A DNA stretch of 24,202 bases, taken from a virus (lineage: Duplodnaviria; Caudoviricetes). Below the pieces are notes generated by a model that saw nothing but the letters and a program-made list of their open reading frames with translations, was not told the DNA's origin and ran no database searches. Positions 18,209 through 23,498 of the stretch are shown here, in pieces (position 1 is the stretch's first letter; every line of letters begins with the position of its first letter). The translations under genes were made by a program, and so were the position numbers. The stretch spans positions 1 to 24,202 of IMG/VR virus record IMGVR_UViG_3300049137_000071; one strand, written 5' to 3'.

Positions 18209-18451
18209 TCAGGCGTCCGGCTCGGGCAGGCGAGTGACGAAGGTCCCGATCCCCGGCTCCATGTACGCCAGCCCCGCAGCCCGCAGTTCCTGGAGAACCC
18301 GGCGCGCGGTCACTGGGCTGACACCGGTCTCAGCCTGGAGATCCAGCGCGGACGGCAGGCGCGTCCCCGGCGGGTACGTTCCGTTGTCGATGCGTTCCTC
18401 CAGCAGGGCGTACACCTGCCGCCACCTGGGAATTTCCGGCTGCCAGTCCAT
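18209..18451 (-). CDS. GntR-family winged-HTH regulator (DNA-binding domain only, 80 aa)
   Basis: PRWRQV...L..RI..G.YPPG.RLPS...L....GVS..TARR.L..L...GL....PG.GTFV. Start placed at ATG 18451, 7 nt downstream of a TAGCGT -10-like hexamer (18459-18464), suggesting a leaderless mRNA. Confidence 0.92.
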   Translation of the reverse strand: MDWQPEIPRWRQVYALLEERIDNGTYPPGTRLPSALDLQAETGVSPVTARRVLQELRAAGLAYMEPGIGTFVTRLPEPDA

Positions 18452-18506
18452 GCCCGCGACGCTAAGACCACTGAGCCTGCTGGGCGAGACAGGCCGTATC
18501 AGTTGG

Positions 18507-18533
18507 CCTATCGCACCTATCTCACCTATCGTG
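18507..18533. promoter_or_regulatory. Three tandem 9-bp repeats, candidate GntR operator
   Basis: CCTATCGCA CCTATCTCA CCTATCGTG in the divergent intergenic region, upstream of a TATGGT -10-like hexamer at 18541. Confidence 0.6.
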
Positions 18534-18618
18534 CCGGGTCTATGGTGGATGCCACGGAATGACCCCCGCGACCGTGTCACCGGCCCGGGGGTGCGGACGA
18601 CACCTTGGGAGCGTCGCC

Positions 18619-18813
18619 ATGGCGAAGACTACCGCCGCCGATCGCGTGTTCACAGAGCCCGACTACGGGTACTGCAACTGGCACAAGGGAACCAGCGGAA
18701 CCGCGGTCCTGATCGAGATGGTGGAACGACAGTCCGGCCCTCCATACGGGCGGTACGCCTGCGCCCCGTGCCGGGAGCAGCGTGGTCTCGTCCCCTACGC
18801 GGGGAAGCGTTGA
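18619..18813 (+). CDS. Small putative Zn-binding protein (64 aa)
   Basis: ATG after GGGAG; CNWH...CAPC ligand set. Confidence 0.72.
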   Translation: MAKTTAADRVFTEPDYGYCNWHKGTSGTAVLIEMVERQSGPPYGRYACAPCREQRGLVPYAGKR

Positions 18814-19004
18814 CGACCGCACCGCCGCGGGAAGGCCGGGCGCCGGCCTGCCGGATCGGTGAGCACGCCGAGTGTCCCGGGCCGCACGTGATTCGCCGCC
18901 CTGGGGCTCCCGCCTGGGAGCGGCCTGCCGAGATATGCCGATGCGGCTGCCCGTGCCACGTGCCGAAGCATCTCCACCGCCAGCCTGGCCCGCCTGCCCG
19001 CTGA
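18810..19004 (+). CDS. Small Cys/His-rich protein (64 aa)
   Basis: TTG start overlaps the previous stop (TTGA). Motif C-x4-H-x2-C...C-x-C-x-C-x-CH. Confidence 0.55.
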   Translation: MTTAPPREGRAPACRIGEHAECPGPHVIRRPGAPAWERPAEICRCGCPCHVPKHLHRQPGPPAR

Positions 19005-19007
19005 ACG

Positions 19008-19050
19008 CCTGCCTGTACCCGGAGGCCGGCGGCGGCCGGGTACGGGCAGG
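19008..19050. terminator. Inverted repeat between convergent genes
   Basis: CCTGCCTGTACCCGG / CCGGGTACGGGCAGG, a 15-bp stem with one G-U pair. Confidence 0.7.
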
Positions 19051-19051
19051 G

Positions 19052-19300
19052 TTACTCCCGAATGAGGTCGGCGGCCGGGACGCCGATCGCGTCAGCAATG
19101 CGTAGCAGGGTGTCGACGCGGGGGCTGGCCCGGCCGTGCTCGATGTCCTGGTAGGAGGAGCGGTCCAGGCCGGTGCGGTGGACGATGTCCTGCTGGCTGA
19201 GATTGGCGTGCCGCCGGGCGTCCCGTATCCGGGTGGCGATCCGCCGGCGTCTCTCCAGGAGCTCAGGGTCTGGCGGGTTGGTGCGCGGCACGGGTTCCAC
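19052..19300 (-). CDS. XRE-family HTH transcriptional regulator (82 aa)
   Basis: RIRDARRHANLSQQDI...TGLDRSSYQDIEHGRASPRVDTLLRIADAIGV is a canonical HTH_3 pattern. Confidence 0.92.
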   Translation of the reverse strand: MEPVPRTNPPDPELLERRRRIATRIRDARRHANLSQQDIVHRTGLDRSSYQDIEHGRASPRVDTLLRIADAIGVPAADLIRE

Positions 19301-19393
19301 CGTGACCGGTCAAGATCCTTTTGCATGCAGGGTAGACCCGGCATTATTCGATCATGGATGCTGCCCCCACATTCTCGAACGAAGGAGTGCGGC

Positions 19394-19567
19394 ATGCTCT
19401 TGTACTTGATCCGCCAACCGCTGGCGCGCCGCGCGGCAGCGGCTCCGGCAGGCAGCGCTCCCGTGGTGCACGAGTGGGTCGATCCCCGGTACGTGGACCT
19501 CGCGGCCGCGTGGAAGGCGGCACAGCCGCCTCCTGAAGTTGCGGGGTTCCTGCACCCTCTGCCGTAG
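19394..19567 (+). CDS. Hypothetical protein (57 aa), divergent from XRE regulator
   Basis: AAGGAG RBS, ATG 19394, directly followed by a strong terminator. Confidence 0.6.
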   Translation: MLLYLIRQPLARRAAAAPAGSAPVVHEWVDPRYVDLAAAWKAAQPPPEVAGFLHPLP

Positions 19568-19573
19568 TTACCA

Positions 19574-19607
19574 GAAGCCCCGACTGCCGACCGGCAGTCG
19601 GGGCTTC
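19574..19607. terminator. Perfect 16-bp inverted repeat terminator
   Basis: GAAGCCCCGACTGCCG-ac-CGGCAGTCGGGGCTTC. Confidence 0.85.
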
Positions 19608-19628
19608 GTCGTGCATCTTGGCGCCCGT

Positions 19629-19650
19629 CGGGCCAGCAGCGGGCCAGCAG
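19629..19650. repeat. Candidate integrase arm-type sites (left arm)
   Basis: CGGGCCAGCAG x2 in tandem; the same core recurs on the other side of the att core. Confidence 0.7.
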
Positions 19651-19682
19651 CGCTCACACAGAGGGTCCAGAACGGACAACGC

Positions 19683-19711
19683 CCCCAGCTCACATGCGCT
19701 CTGAGCTGGGG
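19683..19711 (-). terminator. Hairpin just downstream of the tRNA-like 3' end (replacement terminator for the target tRNA)
   Basis: CCCCAGCTCA-N9-TGAGCTGGGG, 8 nt past the tRNA discriminator position on the - strand. Confidence 0.65.
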
Positions 19712-19719
19712 TCCAGTAG

Positions 19720-19766
19720 TAGGCCGTGTGGGACTCGAACCCACAACCAACGGATTAAAAGTCCGC
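19720..19766 (-). mobile_element. attP: attP core: 3' portion of tRNA-Lys(UUU)
   Basis: The - strand reads GCGGA-CTTTTAA-TCCGT TGGTT GTGGG-TTCGAGT-CCCAC ACGGCCT A: anticodon arm (TTT), T arm and 3' acceptor strand, with no D arm or 5' acceptor strand. Adjacent to a tyrosine integrase. Confidence 0.9.
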
Positions 19767-19910
19767 GGGTCCCTCATGGGGCCCCGTTGGGTCCTGTTGG
19801 CGCCAGTCGGATGCGTGCGCTCCCGTGCTGGTCAGCGGGATCCTGCTTCCATTCGCGGCCGTCGCTCATTCGGTCTCGTGAGGTGCCGTTGGGTGCCGTT
19901 GGGTGGCGTT

Positions 19911-19932
19911 CGGGCCAGCACGGGGCCAGCAG
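19911..19932. repeat. Candidate integrase arm-type sites (right arm)
   Basis: GGGCCAGCA at 19912 and 19923, 11-bp period, same orientation as the left pair. Confidence 0.7.
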
Positions 19933-19962
19933 AAAGGCCCCGCCACCTGCGGTGACGGAGCC
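19931..19962 (-). terminator. Intrinsic terminator of the integrase transcript
   Basis: The - strand reads GGCTCCGTCACC-gca-GGTGGCGGGGCC-TTTCT; its two mismatches are U-G wobbles only on this strand. Confidence 0.72.
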
Positions 19963-19985
19963 CCGCTCGTTCCACGACCAGGGTA

Positions 19986-21542
19986 CTACTCCGGCGTCTC
20001 CTGCGGCTGGTGCTCGGCCGCCTTCCTGGCTCGGGGCACCACGGCCGCCGCGCGCTCGGTCAGCTCGTCCTCGTAGTCCTCGAAAAGCTCCAGGTACGTG
20101 TCCGCAGTCAGCACGATCGTGCTGTGCCGAAGCTTCACCTTGGCGTCGTGCAGGTCGCCCCCGCCGGCCTTCACCAGAGCCGCCGCTCCGTGGCGCAGGT
20201 CCCGCAGGTTGATGGGCGGCAGGTCCGTCCTGGCGAGAATCTCGCGGAACGCATCACTGAACGCCTCCGGGTGCACCCATGAGCCGTCGTCCTGGGCAAA
20301 GACTTTCCCGGTGTCCGCCCAGTCCTTCCCCGCCTTGAGCCGCGCAGCCCTCAGCTCCTCCTGCCGGGACCGGTGCTCGCGGAGGACCTCGACCGTGCCG
20401 CCGTCGATCTTCACGGTGCCCGCTGATCCAGACGTCTTCGGGGCTGTTTCTACCGGCGTCCAGCCATCGACAACCAGTTCCGTCGCGACCGTCACTGTTC
20501 GTCGCTCCAGGCTGATGTTCTCCCAATCTTGTCCGGCTGCCTCCCCGCGGCGGAACCCGTGGTGTGCCACCAGGTGGAAGAATGCGTAGAGAGGGTGCTC
20601 CTCGGCTGCGTCCAAGAACGCGCCGAGCTGAACGGGGGTCCACACCATGACAGGGGACGGCTTACGGCCGGTCTCACGCCACCGGGCCACCCTCTCGTCC
20701 GTCCACAGCAGCCCCTTCGGCCGAGCCGCAGCCGCCAGCTCGACATGCTGGGCCGCGTTGAAGGTCGTCACCTGCTTCTTGATGGCGTAGTTCAGGGCAG
20801 CCCGCAGCGTGCGGCGAATGCTCTGCACCGTCGCGGGACCAGTGACCTTCCGGAACGGCGGCATCGCGGCAAGCTTCGCGCGCTCCTCCGCCAGGCGCTG
20901 CCGCTCAGCGGCCGGCGGACGCCCACCCCGTGCCCACTTCGCGCGCTGCGCCTGCTCCCGGCGTGCCGCGTTCTCCGCCCGGAGCACGTCATTGCGATCC
21001 GCGATCGCGTCGAAGAACGCCTGTGCCTGGCCGACGCCGAACCGGTCGACCCGGTAGTGGCCGACGCCGGGGTCCAGGTGCACGCGAACGTGGGAGCGGT
21101 AGCCGTTCGTCGTTGTGGCACGCGTCTTCTTCGAACCGAGCCAGGATTCGAACAACTGGCTCATCGTCATCTTGCCTTCGAGATCCACGCCGACGCCGAG
21201 ACGCCGGCGGACCTCGGCCGCCTCTGGGATGTCCTTGCGGTCGCGCATGACGCCCTGCAGGAGGTCACCGACACGCCGCGCGGCGTCCTCGTCGTCCCCG
21301 GGGAGGTCGAGGATGCTGCGCAGTTTGTCGAGGTCCTCCTGCGCGTCTGCCACCTTCGCGTAGCCGGTGCGCCGGAATGGCCGACGCTTGCCGTCCGCAT
21401 CGAGCGGGAGCTCCTGGCGGACGACATAGGACCCGTGGCCCTTCTTCGCCTGCTTCGGGCAAGCCGAACTGAGCAGGCGCCCATCGGCGCCACGGCACTC
21501 GCACCGCTTGCTGATGCTCCCCGCTCTGCGCGATGTGGCCAT
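19986..21542 (-). CDS. int: Tyrosine recombinase / phage integrase
   Basis: 518 aa. Catalytic motifs GFRRGE, PKT, RDLRH, LRHS and TADTY; N-terminal arm-binding-like region; next to attP; GGAGGAG RBS. Confidence 0.95.
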   Translation of the reverse strand: MATSRRAGSISKRCECRGADGRLLSSACPKQAKKGHGSYVVRQELPLDADGKRRPFRRTGYAKVADAQEDLDKLRSILDLPGDDEDAARRVGDLLQGVMRDRKDIPEAAEVRRRLGVGVDLEGKMTMSQLFESWLGSKKTRATTTNGYRSHVRVHLDPGVGHYRVDRFGVGQAQAFFDAIADRNDVLRAENAARREQAQRAKWARGGRPPAAERQRLAEERAKLAAMPPFRKVTGPATVQSIRRTLRAALNYAIKKQVTTFNAAQHVELAAAARPKGLLWTDERVARWRETGRKPSPVMVWTPVQLGAFLDAAEEHPLYAFFHLVAHHGFRRGEAAGQDWENISLERRTVTVATELVVDGWTPVETAPKTSGSAGTVKIDGGTVEVLREHRSRQEELRAARLKAGKDWADTGKVFAQDDGSWVHPEAFSDAFREILARTDLPPINLRDLRHGAAALVKAGGGDLHDAKVKLRHSTIVLTADTYLELFEDYEDELTERAAAVVPRARKAAEHQPQETPE

Positions 21543-21545
21543 CCG

Positions 21546-21755
21546 CTACTCCTCCTGCTGCCCGAGGACGCCCGACGCGGCAAGCGCATCATGCATCTGG
21601 ACAATCTCCTCAACGAGCTCAGGAGTTATTTTGCCCTCGCGTACAACCATCACAGCGCCGTGAGGCGTCTCAATAACGACTACGCCGCGCCCTGCGGGGA
21701 GATCGGCACTCGTGGCGTACCTCACAGTGGCCTGCTTCGTCGATGCGTTACTCAT
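21546..21755 (-). CDS. Hypothetical protein (69 aa) between repressor and integrase
   Basis: Start placed at ATG 21755 after GGGGG. Its last codons contain the integrase RBS and it stops 3 nt before the int ATG. Confidence 0.75.
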   Translation of the reverse strand: MSNASTKQATVRYATSADLPAGRGVVVIETPHGAVMVVREGKITPELVEEIVQMHDALAASGVLGQQEE

Positions 21756-21767
21756 CGCCGCCCCCGC

Positions 21768-21783
21768 TCGCTCAGATGTTCGA
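21768..21783 (-). promoter_or_regulatory. Putative actinobacterial LexA (SOS) box
   Basis: The - strand reads TCGAAC-ATCT-GAGCGA, matching TCGAAC-N4-GNNCGA, 12 nt upstream of the 69-aa ORF start. Confidence 0.68.
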
Positions 21784-21912
21784 TTTAGGGAGCGTACGAT
21801 TCCGCTTCGCGTGCGCTCCGTCACATGTCGACATCATGTCATTACGAAGCGTTGGTGCCTACACCCTTTCGAGGGTCATTACGGTAGGTAATGCTTTCGT
21901 CAAGACTCCCGA

Positions 21913-22326
21913 TCAGCTTCCGTCCTGCCCCGGCGGGGCGAACGCGTCGATGAGCCGCAGGAGTTGCTCACGCTGATCCTGAGTGAGCCTCCCTGCGCGA
22001 CGTACCAGCGCTGACGCCTCACCGCTCTCCGACCACACGCGTTCGATACCGAAGAACTGCGCGGACGCTGCATCCTGCAGCTGCCCCAATGGCAGATCCG
22101 TTGCAGCAGCAAGGGCTCGGAGCTGGGGCTTCCGTGGGGGGACGACCGATTCGCCAGTTTCCAACCTGTACACCCAGCCGGATTTCACCTGGGTGCCAGT
22201 GCGCGGGTCCACGCTGCGTTCCTGGAACTGGGCAAGTGAGAGGCCGAGCTCTGCACGCCTGTTGCGGATCAAGTCGGCAAACTCGGTCGTTTCGACCTCG
22301 GGCCCGTTTTCGATCATGACACTCAT
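21913..22326 (-). CDS. Immunity repressor-like XRE/HTH protein (137 aa)
   Basis: LIRNRRAELGLSL..F.....VYRLETGE..PP....LRALA HTH pattern; AGGAG RBS; leftward gene divergent from a Cro-like gene. Confidence 0.82.
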   Translation of the reverse strand: MSVMIENGPEVETTEFADLIRNRRAELGLSLAQFQERSVDPRTGTQVKSGWVYRLETGESVVPPRKPQLRALAAATDLPLGQLQDAASAQFFGIERVWSESGEASALVRRAGRLTQDQREQLLRLIDAFAPPGQDGS

Positions 22327-22416
22327 CCTGTCACTCCTGCGGGGGTGGCTTGTTCAGGGTGATCACTGCACGTGCGGCCCTATCTCACCATGTCTCAGGT
22401 TCAAGCCGTCACGCGA

Positions 22417-22567
22417 CCTGAACGGATTGTTCAGGCATTGGCATGGATGCGCTAGGGGCGCATTCAGGTCACACGGAGGCGCGCCGCACTCCACTTTCAA
22501 CTATCTGGACAGTTCGTTCAGATCGTGCAATGCTCGCTGCGTTCAGAAAAATGAACGAAGCAATCAG
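22417..22567. promoter_or_regulatory. Lysis/lysogeny switch operators, consensus CTGAAC-N5-GTTCAG
   Basis: CCTGAAC-ggatt-GTTCAGG (22417-22435) and ATCTGGAC-agttc-GTTCAGAT (22503-22523), with degenerate copies at 22531-22546 and 22552-22567. Confidence 0.78.
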
Positions 22568-22577
22568 CGAGGTGAAC

Positions 22578-22868
22578 ATGAGCGACGCACCCATGTGCCG
22601 CATCTACGATCGCGATCTCCTGGGCCGCCTGATGAAGCGGACCGGCACCGGCGCTCGGCTCACGACACGCGACCTGGCCTCCCTGGCAGGACTCCCGCAC
22701 GGCACCATCGGCGCGCTGCTTTCTGGTGACCAGCGGTTTCTCCCCCGCGAGAAAGCGCAGCGCATCTCCACGGCGATCGGCGTGGACCTGATGATCCTGT
22801 TCATACCGTGCGAGCGCGCCGGACGAGTCTTCATCGACGCCACCGCACCGCAGGCGGTGACGGTATGA
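22578..22868 (+). CDS. Cro-like HTH protein (96 aa)
   Basis: ATG 22578 after GAGGTG. LTTRDLASLAGLPHGTIGALLSG...A.RI..AIGV...LF; first rightward early gene. Confidence 0.82.
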   Translation: MSDAPMCRIYDRDLLGRLMKRTGTGARLTTRDLASLAGLPHGTIGALLSGDQRFLPREKAQRISTAIGVDLMILFIPCERAGRVFIDATAPQAVTV

Positions 22869-23167
22869 GCGCCAAGACCGCCGCAGCGCTGACCGAGGCC
22901 GAGGTGCTCGCGCTCCCCGCCATGGCGACCGCCGCACAGGCATTCGCCGCGCTCGGCATCGGCCGTGACCTCGGATACCAGCTCATCCGGCAGGCCGAGT
23001 TCCCGCTGCCCGTCGTCCCCCTCGGCCGCGCAATCCGCGTCCGCCGGGTCGACATCCTCGCCTTCCTCGGCCTGGAAAACAGCGATGCCGCCAGGGGTGG
23101 AGCCCTGGCGGCATCGAGCGAACGCACCACAGATACAGCCGCGAAGCAGATCGGAAGCGCTCGATGA
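22865..23167 (+). CDS. Excisionase-like / AlpA-MerR-type HTH DNA-binding protein (100 aa)
   Basis: ATGA overlap. Motif LP......A..ALGIGR...Y.LI...EFP.PV..LGR.IRV...DIL.FLG. Confidence 0.8.
   Translation: MSAKTAAALTEAEVLALPAMATAAQAFAALGIGRDLGYQLIRQAEFPLPVVPLGRAIRVRRVDILAFLGLENSDAARGGALAASSERTTDTAAKQIGSAR
23083..23116 (-). terminator. Perfect 14-bp inverted repeat inside the xis-like gene, terminator-like on the antisense strand
   Basis: CGATGCCGCCAGGG-gtggag-CCCTGGCGGCATCG, followed on the - strand by CTGTTTTC. Confidence 0.6.
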
Positions 23168-23232
23168 GAAGTCTACGAGAGGGCACTGACAGCCCGCAGG
23201 AGTACGCCGCAAAGCCGGTGGTGCGCCAGTGA
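23164..23232 (+). CDS. Candidate 22-aa mini-ORF (MRSLREGTDSPQEYAAKPVVRQ)
   Basis: ATGA overlap with the upstream stop and GTGA overlap with the downstream start. Confidence 0.45.
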   Translation: MRSLREGTDSPQEYAAKPVVRQ

Positions 23233-23498
23233 CTGAGCCCGTGACCGCCGCGACGGCCGGGGGGAGGAGGCGCCCCGGCCGTCCGGCCCAAGTCCAGCTT
23301 CTCGCTGCCAACTTGACCATCAAGGGCGCCACCGAGGGACGCCAGCCCAGCGCCCACTACGAGTGCTACCGCTGCGGCTTCAAGACCCCGACCGTCACCG
23401 GCCGCCAGGCAGTCATCGAGTTCACCGCCAAGGCCGCCGAGGGTGCCGCAGTGCACCGCGCTGTCTGCCCCGCCGCACCTCAGGAGACCACCCAGTGA
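23229..23498 (+). CDS. Hypothetical protein with putative Zn ligands (89 aa)
   Basis: CYRC...HRAVC; GTGA overlap with the next gene. Confidence 0.7.
   Translation: MTEPVTAATAGGRRRPGRPAQVQLLAANLTIKGATEGRQPSAHYECYRCGFKTPTVTGRQAVIEFTAKAAEGAAVHRAVCPAAPQETTQ

Noticed and set aside
19375-19390. Second SOS box before the 57-aa ORF (TCGAAC-GAAG-GAGTGC)
   Set aside because: Only one good half-site; the right half misses CGA and is explained by the RBS.
19720-19800. Complete tRNA-Lys gene
   Set aside because: Only the anticodon arm, T arm and 3' acceptor strand are present. Upstream sequence gives no D arm or matching 5' acceptor strand, so it is called as an att core.
19629-19932. CRISPR-like array or mini-array near attP
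   Set aside because: The repeats are 9-11 bp, tandem and without spacers, consistent with recombination protein binding sites.
22417-22435. LexA box in the immunity region (GAAC...GTTC)
   Set aside because: The spacer is 5 nt rather than 4 and the flanks are CT/AG rather than TC/GA; it fits a phage repressor operator better.
18209-23498. bldA-dependent TTA codon control of regulatory or accessory genes
   Set aside because: The TTA/TAA triplets I spot-checked were out of frame or stop codons. The check was not exhaustive.
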